A stretch of 64,000 nt of DNA from an uncultured Anaerolineaceae bacterium (GCA_964388955.1 CAYMCO010000027.1:7541-71540), one strand, 5' to 3'; shown: positions 29,061 to 38,674, numbered from the stretch's first letter. Made by a program: numbers and translations. The notes: generated from the sequence alone by a model not told the origin.

Positions 29061-29972
29061 CTACTGCAGCTCTTCGATGTTGACGCCCGACGCCTCCAGC
29101 ACCTGTCGGAATGGATCATAGAAACTGTCATCGATCTTCTGCAGTCCAGCCCACTGATACGATTGATCCAGCGCCTCCTGACCTGCCTCCGTCTCGGCGA
29201 TGGCCAGCAAGGCGTTGTTGATCTTATCGCGCAGTTCACGCGGGAAGCTGGGCACGTACTGCACCCCGTCGTTGGGAATGTCGGTGGAGACGCTGATGAC
29301 CTTGACTACGTCCATGACATCCGGATGTTCATCCTCAATTGTGCTGCGGGCGTCCACGTAGGTGGCACCGGCATCGCAGTCGCCATTGTAGACTGACGCC
29401 ACCACTGCGTCATGCGAGCCTGCATCCGCCACTTCCGCCAAATCGGTGTCCGGATCCACGCCGGCGGCGCGCAGCTCGAGGCTGGGGATGATCCAGCCGC
29501 TGGTGCTGAGCGGATCAGGGCGGCAGAATGTCTTCCCTGCCAGGTCCGCGAGGGTTTCAATGCCACTGTCGGTGCGGGTGATGATCTGGCCGTTGTAGAC
29601 GGGGCTACCGAAGCGGACCGACACCAGCTCAGCCTCAGCGCAGCCGCGTTGGTTCGCCAGGATGTAAGCGAAGGTGGCCAGGGAGCCCATATGAGCCTGC
29701 GGCGGGTCCGCGCACATGGCCTCGATCACGCCGGCATATTCCGTGGCGACGAACGTGTCGATCACAAGTCCCGTCTCATCAAAGACCATGTTGGCCACTT
29801 CTTCCGCCCCAGCCGAGACCTGTTCCATCTCGCCGGAGGGGACGAACGCCCAGATGATGGGATTCTGCTCAGTCCCTAGCTCGGCTTGCGCTTGTCCGCA
29901 GGCCCCAGTGAGTAAGGCAAGGGCGACCAGCAAGCCCATGGCGGCAAACAATAAACTCGTCTTCTTGCGCAT
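29061..29972 (-). CDS. phnD: phosphate/phosphite/phosphonate-binding lipoprotein
   Basis: Lipobox TGAC, DPLSTSG and SHDA motifs; GAGGAGG SD. Confidence 0.85.
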   Translation of the reverse strand: MRKKTSLLFAAMGLLVALALLTGACGQAQAELGTEQNPIIWAFVPSGEMEQVSAGAEEVANMVFDETGLVIDTFVATEYAGVIEAMCADPPQAHMGSLATFAYILANQRGCAEAELVSVRFGSPVYNGQIITRTDSGIETLADLAGKTFCRPDPLSTSGWIIPSLELRAAGVDPDTDLAEVADAGSHDAVVASVYNGDCDAGATYVDARSTIEDEHPDVMDVVKVISVSTDIPNDGVQYVPSFPRELRDKINNALLAIAETEAGQEALDQSYQWAGLQKIDDSFYDPFRQVLEASGVNIEELQ

Positions 29973-30098
29973 CGTACTTCATTCCTCCTCATTAGATTTG
30001 AAAGCTACGAGCATGGCGAAGATCAGTGTCCCGATGGTTTCCCCTGTTTGACGCTCTTGCTCCTGGGTCACCTCCTTTCGCGACGAATCGCCGGACAG

Positions 30099-30127
30099 AT
30101 GATAGCGCGAATTCCGGGCATGTGCAA
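30099..30127 (-). promoter_or_regulatory. sigma70-type promoter of phnDCE
   Basis: TTGCAC-17-TATCAT on the minus strand. Confidence 0.6.
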
Positions 30128-30190
30128 GAAAAGTCCGCAAAGCGCAGTGCGGTATGCGGCGTGCGCAGAGTGCAGGGATCAGGGAGCAGG
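30128..30190 (-). repeat. degenerate heptamer array abutting the phnD -35 box
   Basis: cctgctc cctgatc cctgcac tctgcgc acgccgc ataccgc actgcgc tttgcgg acttttc. Confidence 0.55.
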
Positions 30191-30230
30191 CGCCAGATCC
30201 GGAACCATCGAAGGGGATTCCATTTCCAGA

Positions 30231-30329
30231 AGACTGCCACGTCGGCCTGGCGGCCTCCTCGCAATGACGGTGAGGGGCGCAGCCTCCCGGAGAAAAATCA
30301 TTGCGAGGCGCGTAGCGCCGTGGCAATCT
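30231..30329. repeat. inverted pair of REP-like palindromic units
   Basis: agactgccacg..cctcgcaatgac (30231-30268) and tcattgcgagg..cgtggcaatct (30298-30329). Confidence 0.75.
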
Positions 30330-30746
30330 TTCCATTACAGAGAACTCTCCGCCCTGGAGACCGCGATCCCTCGGATACCCTTGGGCCAGGCGTTGCCCCT
30401 CGGGATCCGGGAGACATCCCGGTTTCTATGATGAGGAAATCTATCGCCATGACAAAGGAGCCGCATCTCGAGTAGCGCCGAGCTTGGCCAGGCGCATATC
30501 GGGAGGCCTGGCCTGTGTTGTTGACAGGGTGTGGCTGGCATGAACCGGGTCCTCCCTCCTTCCCCGCATCAGGCACCATACCCCGCCACCCGGGGGAGTG
30601 TTCCAACTTGGGGGGCAATGCTTTCGCCTCCCTCGCCTGATGCCGCCGCTGCTCACAGAGGCCCTCCAGTTCAGAGCGAAGAGCCGACAAACCCCCACCC
30701 GCTTGCCCCCTCCCCGAACATGCTGGGCCGTTTCCCCCGCTCTTCC

Positions 30747-30912
30747 GGAGGCCGGGGGAGGGGATTGGGGTGGGGGGTGGAAGGAATCTCCAAAAGCGAA
30801 GTCGATCTTCCGCGGCGTGGATCACCGCGATGGGCAGTCCAGGAGCTGAGTGGAGGGCGCCCGAGTGACGGGCCAGTTTTCGGACCTGGCTGCCCCCTGA
30901 AATGGAACACAC
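30747..30912 (-). repeat. non-coding repeat, copy 2
   Basis: Reverse complement matches 26024-26212, with an 80-bp identical core. Confidence 0.9.
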
Positions 30913-30929
30913 GGTCGCCCGGTGCGCCC

Positions 30930-30958
30930 TTGCCGGTCGGCGCGCCTCGGCCTACAAT
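30930..30958 (+). promoter_or_regulatory. folC promoter, probably leaderless
   Basis: TTGCCG-17-TACAAT, then 8 nt to GTG 30967, no SD. Confidence 0.6.
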
Positions 30959-30966
30959 AACCCCTT

Positions 30967-32358
30967 GTGAGCGAGGGGTCGGAGTTCCAGGCGGCGCTCG
31001 ACTATATCTACAGCTTCGTGGACTACAGCGTCAAGCGGCGCTATCGCTATTCTGAGGAAGCATTTGACCTTGATCGGGTGCGGAAGCTGCTCAGGGCGCT
31101 GGGGGATCCCCAGGATCGGTTCCCCAGCGCGCATATTGCCGGGACCAAGGGAAAAGGGTCCGTAGCCGCGCTAATGGAATCTGCCCTGCGCCACGATGGC
31201 TACCGCACGGGGCTCTATACATCGCCGCATCTCATTCAATTCACGGAGCGCATCCGGGTGGGGGGGGAGAATATCCAGCCGCGGGATGTCGTTGACCTCG
31301 TCGCGCGCCTTAAGCCGCATGTGCGCCAGCTTCCCGGTATCACCACCTACGAAATCATCACCGCCATGGGTTTCCTGCACTTTGCGGATGCCGAGGTGGA
31401 TTGCGCGGTGGTCGAGGTGGGGTTAGGGGGTCGACTGGACGCGACCAATGTGCTCACGCCGCTGGTCTCCGTGATCACCTCACTCTCCTATGATCACATG
31501 CACCTGCTGGGGGACAGCCTCTCCGATATCGCCAGGGAGAAGGCGGGGATCATCAAGCCCGGTGTGCCAGTGGTGGTCGCGCCTCAACAGTATGAGGCGG
31601 GATTAGTCGTGCAGGAGGTGGCGGCCGCAATGGGGGCGCCGCTCATTCAGGTGGGTCGCGACTGGATGTTTTCCCCCGCGGCGCGGGATTTGGGAAAGCA
31701 AAGCATGGTGATCTGGTCCGCCGAAGAGGGGGCGCATATCGAGGCGTATGTCGAGTCGGGAGGCAAGAAGGAATGGGCGCCGACGAGGCTCGAGATCCCG
31801 CTCCTCGGATACCATCAAGTCGTGAATTCCGCTGTGGCGTATGCCGCGCTGCAGTCCCTCAAGTCCGGCGGTCTGCCGATCAGTGAGTCGGCTATCCGAG
31901 GGGGATTTCGGGACACGCGTTGGCCCGGGCGGTTCCAGGTTCTGTCGCGTGCGCCTCTTCTCGTGGTGGACTCGGCCCACAACCGGGATTCGGCCCTCAA
32001 ACTGCGTATCGCGCTGGACGACTACTTCCCTGGGCAGCCGGTCACACTCATCTTTGGCGCTTCGGCTGACAAGGATATCTCTGGAATGCTGGCCGAGCTC
32101 GTGCCGCGTGTATCACGCCTGATCGTCACCCAGGCCAAGCACCCTCGGGCCGAAGACGCGGAGGAGCTGGCAGAAATCGCCCACCGCTATGCGCTTCACG
32201 TCGAAGCCAGGGTGCCCGTATCGGCGGCCCTGGAGCATGCGCTCAGGCGAGCGGGGCCGGATGAAGTGATCCTCGCTGCGGGCAGCCTCTTCGTGGCTGG
32301 GGAGGTGCTGGAAGCCTGGCAAGTCCTTTCTGGGGAGGTCAGGCTGAAAGCGACCTAA
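30967..32358 (+). CDS. folC: folylpolyglutamate synthase / dihydrofolate synthase
   Basis: HIAGTKGKGS, YTSPHL, EVGLGGRLDATN, WPGRF and DSAHN. Confidence 0.95.
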   Translation: MSEGSEFQAALDYIYSFVDYSVKRRYRYSEEAFDLDRVRKLLRALGDPQDRFPSAHIAGTKGKGSVAALMESALRHDGYRTGLYTSPHLIQFTERIRVGGENIQPRDVVDLVARLKPHVRQLPGITTYEIITAMGFLHFADAEVDCAVVEVGLGGRLDATNVLTPLVSVITSLSYDHMHLLGDSLSDIAREKAGIIKPGVPVVVAPQQYEAGLVVQEVAAAMGAPLIQVGRDWMFSPAARDLGKQSMVIWSAEEGAHIEAYVESGGKKEWAPTRLEIPLLGYHQVVNSAVAYAALQSLKSGGLPISESAIRGGFRDTRWPGRFQVLSRAPLLVVDSAHNRDSALKLRIALDDYFPGQPVTLIFGASADKDISGMLAELVPRVSRLIVTQAKHPRAEDAEELAEIAHRYALHVEARVPVSAALEHALRRAGPDEVILAAGSLFVAGEVLEAWQVLSGEVRLKAT

Positions 32359-35300
32359 GCACTTCGAGAAGGCGCTCCTGCCAATCGCGGCCCGGTTCCC
32401 GCTGCAGCCACAGCCCGCGCCTGCTCTGGCGGACATCCGGACCGAGATCGAGATGCACTTCCGGATCCTGACCCGGAATCTGGAGCCGGATCTGGCCGTT
32501 GGCGGAGCCCACCGATTCCACTCCCGCCTTGGAAGCCAGGAGTTTCACCCGCAGCATGTAAAGGATGTTGCGCACCTCGGGCGGGAGCGGCCCGAAGCGA
32601 TCTGTGAGTTCCTCCCCAAGTGAATCGATGGATCCCAGATCGCGTATCTCAGCCACGCGCCGGTAAAGCTGCAGGCGCAGGTTGCGGTCCGGAACATAGT
32701 CCGTCGGGATGGCGATTGCCAGGGGGAGCTCGATGGAGACGGGCAGGATCTCCGGCACATCCGCAGGCCCTTCCACTTGGCTCAAAGACTCGCGCCCTGC
32801 TTTCAACCGGTGCACCGCGCGGCTCAGCAGCCGTGTGTACAGATGGAATCCGATTGCCCCAATGTGTCCGTGCTGGCGGGTCCCCAGGATGTCACCGGCG
32901 CCACGCATCTCCAGGTCTCGCATCGCGATGGAATAGCCGGCTCCCAACTGGGAATGCTCGGCGATGATTTCCATTCGACGAAGCCCGTCCTCCGTGGGCT
33001 TGAAGTGGCTGTGGCGGAAGAAGTAGGCGTAGGCCCTTGCGGCGCCTCGGCCCACCCTTCCACGAAGCTGATAGAGCTGCGCCAATCCGAATGTGTCGGC
33101 GCGATCCACGATGAGTGTGTTGGCGTTGGGGAAATCGAGCCCCGACTCAATAATGGACGTGCTGACCAGTACATCGATCTCTCCGGCGGCGAATTCATCC
33201 ATCACCTGTGCCAATTCACGCTCGGGCATTTGCCCGTGGGCGATCGTGATCTGCGCCTCCGGCACCAATCGCTCGAGCCGGTTTTGCACCGCGTTTATGG
33301 TCTGCACCCGGTTATGCACGAAGAAGACTTGTCCCCCCCGGTCGAGCTCTCGCAGAATCGCTTGCCGGACTAGCCTTGGATTGTACCGCCCGACGTGGGT
33401 CATCACAGGCAGACGCTCCTCCGGGGGCGTGTTGATGGTAGAGATATCCCTGGCGCCGGTGAGCGCCATGTACAGCGTCCGTGGGATGGGGGTGGCCGTC
33501 ATGGTGAGCACATCCACCTGAGTGCGCATCTGCTTGAAGAACTCCTTATGGGTAACGCCGAACCGCTGTTCCTCATCGATGATGAGCAAGCCAAGCCGCT
33601 TGAAGCGGACGGAAGGCTGGAGCAAACGGTGCGTACCAATGACGATGTCTATGGCCCCTTCCGCCAACCCCTGTGTGATCGCCTCCGCCTCCTGGCGGGT
33701 CCGGAAGCGGGAGAGCATTTCAACACTCACCGGGAAGGGGGCTAGGCGCTGCTGGAAGGTATGGAAGTGCTGCTGGGCGAGCACAGTCGTGGGGACCAGA
33801 ATCGCCACTTGTTTCCCGCCCATGACCGCCTTGAACGCCGCTCGCAGCGCGATCTCGGTCTTGCCGTATCCCACATCGCCGCACAGCAGCCGGTCCATGG
33901 GCCGGGCGCGTTCCATGTCCCGTTTCACATCTTCAATCGCCTTGAGTTGGTCTGCAGTCTCCGTATAGGGGAAGGAGGCCTCCAATTCGCGCTGCCATTC
34001 TGAGTCCGACGGGAAGGCGAACCCCTGCACGGTCATCCGTTGTGCATACAGGTCAAGAAGGTCGCGAGCGACCTCATCCACGGCGCGCCGGGCCTGCGCC
34101 TTGGCGCGCTCCCATGAGGGCGATCCCAGCCGGGATAGCGCCGGCGCCCTGCTGTCGACACCGACGTAGGGGGTGATCCGATCCGCCTGATGGATCGGGA
34201 CATATAGTTGGTCCCCCTCGGCATACTCGACCAGCAGATACTCGCGCCGCATCTCATCCAGTTCGCGCTCAACCAAGCCGATGAAGCGCCCCACCCCGTA
34301 GTCGATATGAACGACGAAGCTGCCGGGGCGCAAGTCGGCGTATTGCGCCTCTGGTGCCATGGATTTGATCTTCGTCCTGGGTCGCGGTTTGGGACGCGAC
34401 CAGCCGAATATCTCGCCATCGGTCAGCAGATGGAGCCTGCCACCCGAGGCCAACTCCAACGTCCAACCCTCGCTGAGCGCGCCCGGGACAAAGACAACAT
34501 CGCCCGGTCCAAGATCCGCCGGCAATGCGGGCTGAGGTTCGGCGCTCTGGCCCTCCGCCCACAGCTCCGTGAGCCGGGAGGCCTGCCGGCTGACCAGCAC
34601 AACCGGATCATGCTTGGCGCGCGCCTTGGAAATGTGCTCCATCAAGGGCTGCACTTGGCCCCCGAACCTGGGGCCGGGCGCGAAGCGGCGGTCCAATTGG
34701 GGTGCGCCTTCACTGGCGACGGGGGAGGCAGTCATGCCCAGATCCAGCATGATGTGGTCTCGCAGCTCCTCGTGCAGCCCTGCCAGCGTTACATAAGGCA
34801 AAGGGAACTCCTCGGGGATCCGGCCCGCGGCAATCTGGTCAGCGCGCATCTCGACCGCCTGTTGTTCCAAATCACTCACCATCTCATCGAAGACCGCCAG
34901 GTCGTCCACAAGGACAATTGTCGAAGCCGGAAGGAAGTCGATCAGGCTGGACTGCTCCGGATTCATCCATGGCAGGAAGAACTCCGCAAAGCGCGCGCGC
35001 GGATCTCCACCGAAGTCTTCGGCTTCCGGCAGCCAACGATCCCATGTCTCATGGTAGAGGCCCGGCAGCCCCTCCCGAGCCGGGCTCAGGAGCAAATGGG
35101 GGATCTCCTCCGCCGATCGCTGGGTGGCAGCGTCGAAGCGGCGCAGGGATTCCATTTCATCCCCGAAGAACTCGATTCGCACCGGCAGAGCCTCGGAGGG
35201 GGGCCAAAGGTCCAGAATGCCTCCTCTCCGGCTGAACTGCCCGGGCTCGCTGACAACCGATGCCGGGGAATAGCCAGAAGCGACCAGGAGGTCAAGGATC

Positions 35301-35800
35301 TTATCCAAACGCTGAAGGCCGCCCGTTTTCAGCCATCGGGACAGACGGATGATCTGTCGCGGCGATATCGTGCGCGTCATCGCAGCGCGGGCGGATGCCA
35401 AGACAAGGGTGGCAGGGGATCGACTGAGGTCTGGCGGAGCGCCGGGTTGGAGATCCCGGGTCAGGGTCGAAAGGGTCCCAATGCGGCCCCGGATGGTGCG
35501 CGGCCCCCAGGGGGCGCGCTCATAGAACAACGGATTGGGTTGCGGGAACGCCAGCACCCGCAGCGCCGGGTTCCAGCTGCGGAGTTCCTCGGAGAGCGTG
35601 AGCACACGGTCCTCGCGCGGGACCAGGTATAGGGTGGTGCGCCCCTCTCCCGAGGCAATGGCGGCCGCGAACGTCGGCCGAACGGCGCGTGGCAGATGCA
35701 GGTCGAAGTCCCGGCCTGCGTTGTCATCCAGCTCTCCGAGCAGGCGCTGGTATTCGGGAAGCCTCCGGATCTCGGAGAGGAGCGCTGATAGATCCATCAT
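32339..35800 (-). CDS. mfd: transcription-repair coupling factor
   Basis: CarD-like RID, GDVGYGKT, DEEQRFG, QLRGRVGR and TRCF domain. Confidence 0.97.
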   Translation of the reverse strand: MMDLSALLSEIRRLPEYQRLLGELDDNAGRDFDLHLPRAVRPTFAAAIASGEGRTTLYLVPREDRVLTLSEELRSWNPALRVLAFPQPNPLFYERAPWGPRTIRGRIGTLSTLTRDLQPGAPPDLSRSPATLVLASARAAMTRTISPRQIIRLSRWLKTGGLQRLDKILDLLVASGYSPASVVSEPGQFSRRGGILDLWPPSEALPVRIEFFGDEMESLRRFDAATQRSAEEIPHLLLSPAREGLPGLYHETWDRWLPEAEDFGGDPRARFAEFFLPWMNPEQSSLIDFLPASTIVLVDDLAVFDEMVSDLEQQAVEMRADQIAAGRIPEEFPLPYVTLAGLHEELRDHIMLDLGMTASPVASEGAPQLDRRFAPGPRFGGQVQPLMEHISKARAKHDPVVLVSRQASRLTELWAEGQSAEPQPALPADLGPGDVVFVPGALSEGWTLELASGGRLHLLTDGEIFGWSRPKPRPRTKIKSMAPEAQYADLRPGSFVVHIDYGVGRFIGLVERELDEMRREYLLVEYAEGDQLYVPIHQADRITPYVGVDSRAPALSRLGSPSWERAKAQARRAVDEVARDLLDLYAQRMTVQGFAFPSDSEWQRELEASFPYTETADQLKAIEDVKRDMERARPMDRLLCGDVGYGKTEIALRAAFKAVMGGKQVAILVPTTVLAQQHFHTFQQRLAPFPVSVEMLSRFRTRQEAEAITQGLAEGAIDIVIGTHRLLQPSVRFKRLGLLIIDEEQRFGVTHKEFFKQMRTQVDVLTMTATPIPRTLYMALTGARDISTINTPPEERLPVMTHVGRYNPRLVRQAILRELDRGGQVFFVHNRVQTINAVQNRLERLVPEAQITIAHGQMPERELAQVMDEFAAGEIDVLVSTSIIESGLDFPNANTLIVDRADTFGLAQLYQLRGRVGRGAARAYAYFFRHSHFKPTEDGLRRMEIIAEHSQLGAGYSIAMRDLEMRGAGDILGTRQHGHIGAIGFHLYTRLLSRAVHRLKAGRESLSQVEGPADVPEILPVSIELPLAIAIPTDYVPDRNLRLQLYRRVAEIRDLGSIDSLGEELTDRFGPLPPEVRNILYMLRVKLLASKAGVESVGSANGQIRLQIPGQDPEVHLDLGPDVRQSRRGLWLQREPGRDWQERLLEVLRSLSA

Positions 35801-36402
35801 TCATCCATGTGGGTGTTGCATTCGGTCATGGCCGCATCGATGCCCGCAGACACGAAAAGGCGGATACAGCCGATGGCCCGGTCAAAACTGGCCTCCATGA
35901 ACTCGAGCTCGTCTTCGTGGAAATCCTCCAGCACGTAGTCGGCTGGCTCTTTTCTTCCGGGCGGCCGGCCGATACCGATTCGCAGGCGTGGAAAATCCTG
36001 GGAATCCAAGTCGTCCTCAATCGATTTCAGCCCGTTGTGGCCGCCGGAGCCCCCGCCGGCCCGCAGCCGGAGAATGCCTTGCGGGAGGTCCAGGTCATCG
36101 ACCACCACAAGCAAATGGGAAAGAGGAAGGCGGTGATATCGCACCAAAGGGCCGATTGCCCGGCCGGCACGGTTGACATAGGTCTGGGGCTTAGCCAGCA
36201 TCACAGGCCTTCCCTCGAGGCTGCCCTCGGTCACCAGAGACTCCATCCGGCGCCTGCGAAAGGGCTCACCGATAAGCGCGGACAGTCGATCGAGGACCAT
36301 GAAGCCAACATTGTGACGATTGCGCTTATATTCGCGCCCCGGATTCCCGAGCCCGGCGATTAGGATCTTCTTCTTGGTTTGGGGACTTGAACGCTCACTC
36401 AT
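35797..36402 (-). CDS. pth: peptidyl-tRNA hydrolase
   Basis: GLGNPG, RHNVGF, KPQTY and GGHNGLKS. Confidence 0.97.
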   Translation of the reverse strand: MSERSSPQTKKKILIAGLGNPGREYKRNRHNVGFMVLDRLSALIGEPFRRRRMESLVTEGSLEGRPVMLAKPQTYVNRAGRAIGPLVRYHRLPLSHLLVVVDDLDLPQGILRLRAGGGSGGHNGLKSIEDDLDSQDFPRLRIGIGRPPGRKEPADYVLEDFHEDELEFMEASFDRAIGCIRLFVSAGIDAAMTECNTHMDE

Positions 36403-36680
36403 CTTCCAGCATCCACCAGCGATTGCCCTGGCCGTCGGCCCAGCGCACAATTCGCACAGACCGCAACCTGCGAGTATAACATGGATGCGTGGCGCGGCGA
36501 TTCCTCTGGGCGTGACGCAGGCCGCGCTCGGCGATCCGCGCGGACCGCAGCGCGGAGGGCACGGGGGGTGGGCAGCAGCGGCTTGCACATAGTCGTTCTT
36601 CCTGCCCAGGCACACCCTGTGGATCGATGGCGCTCTCAGCCTACCGCCCAGCGGTCATCGCTTATGGTTCTCCCTGCCGA

Positions 36681-36709
36681 TTGACGCTTCCACCCTGTGC
36701 CATTAGAAT
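36681..36709 (+). promoter_or_regulatory. sigma70-type promoter preceded by a heptamer array (about 36633-36667)
   Basis: TTGACG-17-TAGAAT. Confidence 0.65.
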
Positions 36710-36773
36710 CCTTCCCGTCGGCGGCTCAGGGCCCGGAGACTCTGGGCGATGGCGCTGGGGAAGGAGCGAGGCC

Positions 36774-37259
36774 ATGGAGGCAGAGAAGAGTCAGGGGCCG
36801 GAGCCCGAGGTGGACGCCGAAGTCGTCACCTTGGAGGGCGGAACAGTGGAGACCATCGAGGCCGAAACGGTGACCGTCAGCCAGGGCGGCGTGCAGAATA
36901 TCGCCGCCTCCCAAGTGTCCATGCACCAGGGTGGGGCCTTGTCGATCCAGGCCCAGAACGCCAATATGCAGTATTCGGGCGCTTTGGCGGTCCGGGGAGA
37001 TACCGTCTCGCTTGACGGGGCCGGCGCTGGCCTTGTGCTGGGGCGGAGCGTATCCCTGGGCGATTCGCGGGCTGGTGTGGTCATTGGGGACCGGGTGGAG
37101 GCCGAGAATGCGGCAGCATTTCTGCTGCTGGGGCGCGATATCCGAGGCCGGGTGGATGCGATGGTGGATACCCGTGGGGCCATCCTGATTGGGGTGGCCG
37201 CGGGCATGGTGATTGGTGCTCTGCTCTCCCTTGGCCGGCTGATATCTAGACAAAGGTAG
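36774..37259 (+). CDS. hypothetical protein with short internal repeats (possible beta-solenoid) and a C-terminal TM helix
   Basis: AGGAG SD, periodic V-x-x-x-x-G-G units and a hydrophobic C-terminus. Confidence 0.65.
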   Translation: MEAEKSQGPEPEVDAEVVTLEGGTVETIEAETVTVSQGGVQNIAASQVSMHQGGALSIQAQNANMQYSGALAVRGDTVSLDGAGAGLVLGRSVSLGDSRAGVVIGDRVEAENAAAFLLLGRDIRGRVDAMVDTRGAILIGVAAGMVIGALLSLGRLISRQR

Positions 37260-37331
37260 GGCGCGCGCGGTATCATCCCGCGGGAGCGAGGGTAACCGGC
37301 GACGGTGAGAGGCGCTCGGGAGGAGATGAAA

Positions 37332-38015
37332 ATGGAACGGCAGACATTGGAGGCCAGTGGACGGACGATCGTGGGCAAGCGCGTGCGCGCGTTGCGCCAG
37401 GCGGGTCGGGTGCCCGCGGTTATGTATGGCAAGGGGACAGACCCCGTGCTGCTGGAATTGGATGATGTGGAGGTCGGCAAGGTGCTGTCTCGCTCCGGCG
37501 CGGCCACGCTGATCGATCTGAAGGTTGATGGAGACACCCACACTGTGCTGGTGCGTGATGTTCAGCGCAACCCGATCCGGAGAGATCTGCTGCACATCGA
37601 CTTCTTGAAGGTGGCGATGGATGTGGCCATCACCACTCAGGTTCCCGTCGAATTCGTGGGCGAGGCGCCGGCCGTCAGAGAGCTCGGCGGCATTCTCTAC
37701 AGTGGCGTGACGGAAATCGAAGTGGAGGCGCTGCCCTCCGATCTGCCCGACCATGTGGCAGTCGAGCTAGATGGGCTCACGCAGATCGAGGATACCATCA
37801 CTGTGGGGGACTTGTTCCTCGGCAAAGGGGTGAAAGTCCTGATCGATCCCGACGAAGTGATCGCCAAGGTGATCTACCAGGAGGAGGAAATCCTCGAGGA
37901 GGAGGAAGAGGAAGAGGTAGAACTTGTCCTGGAGGGCGAAGAGCCCGAAGTGATCGAGAAAGGCAAGCGCGAAGAGGAGGGGGAACCCGGGGGCGAGGAG
38001 GAAGAGGAGGAGTAG
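37332..38015 (+). CDS. rplY: 50S ribosomal protein L25/Ctc, long form
   Basis: LRQAGRVPAVMYG, HIDF, TL5 C-terminal domain and acidic tail. Confidence 0.95.
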   Translation: MERQTLEASGRTIVGKRVRALRQAGRVPAVMYGKGTDPVLLELDDVEVGKVLSRSGAATLIDLKVDGDTHTVLVRDVQRNPIRRDLLHIDFLKVAMDVAITTQVPVEFVGEAPAVRELGGILYSGVTEIEVEALPSDLPDHVAVELDGLTQIEDTITVGDLFLGKGVKVLIDPDEVIAKVIYQEEEILEEEEEEEVELVLEGEEPEVIEKGKREEEGEPGGEEEEEE

Positions 38016-38038
38016 CTTCCGTCTTCTGCGAATCGATG

Positions 38039-38071
38039 CGGCGGAGCCGCCCGGGCGGCTCCGCCGTGTTT
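38039..38071. terminator. perfect 28-bp palindrome between convergent genes, likely terminator
   Basis: cggcggagccgcccgggcggctccgccg (38039-38066) followed by tgttt. Confidence 0.7.
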
Positions 38072-38092
38072 CATTTCGAGGCGCTACGTATC

Positions 38093-38674
38093 CTATATGA
38101 GTTTCAAGAAGTCGAGGGTGATACGAGCCGTGGCCCCCCAGATGGTCTCGCCGTCATAGGGTTTGAAGTAGTGCACGGGGATCTCTGGGCCGGGTATCAT
38201 CGGCTTTCGATACTCAGTGGCTAGATTGCCGGGATCGCGCAGCCACGTCACGGGGACACCGAATAGCCGCGCCACTTCTTGTCGCTCGATGCGGAACTCG
38301 TACGGCCATGGGATCACCCCGACCACCGGGGTGATCATGAACTGGGTCACCGTCAGCATTGGATCGAGCTGTCCCAGAATCTCGACGTCCTCCGGGCTCA
38401 ACCCGATCTCCTCCCATGCTTCACGCAATGCGGCGCTCTGCACACTCAGATCGCCGTTTTCGATCTGGCCTCCGGGGAACGAAACTTGCCCGCGATGGGA
38501 TTCAACGGACTCCGTCCTGCGCGTGAAGAGGAGATGCCAGGCCAGTTTCTGAGAATAGAGCGGCAGCAGGACAGCCGCACGCCTCGCTTCCCACTCGGTC
38601 TGCAGGCGTGGAGTGCGCTCTCGCAGCCGTTTGCGGATGCGCTCGGGCAGGTCACGCTGCCTCCCCTGGTTCAC
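38093..38674 (-). CDS. Nudix hydrolase, CoA pyrophosphatase (NudL/PCD1) family
   Basis: AAVLLPL, LLFTRR, HRGQVSFPGG, ALREAWEEIG and IWGATA. Confidence 0.9.
   Translation of the reverse strand: MNQGRQRDLPERIRKRLRERTPRLQTEWEARRAAVLLPLYSQKLAWHLLFTRRTESVESHRGQVSFPGGQIENGDLSVQSAALREAWEEIGLSPEDVEILGQLDPMLTVTQFMITPVVGVIPWPYEFRIERQEVARLFGVPVTWLRDPGNLATEYRKPMIPGPEIPVHYFKPYDGETIWGATARITLDFLKLI

Noticed and set aside
30020-30056. GTCAAAC..GAAA..GGGAC in the phnD leader resembling a c-di-GMP-I riboswitch
   Set aside because: The P2 stem pairs poorly, and the GCAAAG segment and P3 stem are absent. An Rfam scan would settle it.
32339-32358. 20-bp convergent overlap of folC and mfd
   Set aside because: Short tail-to-tail overlaps are ordinary.
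37880-38012. GAG/GAA-rich low-complexity tract
   Set aside because: It encodes the normal acidic tail of long L25/Ctc.
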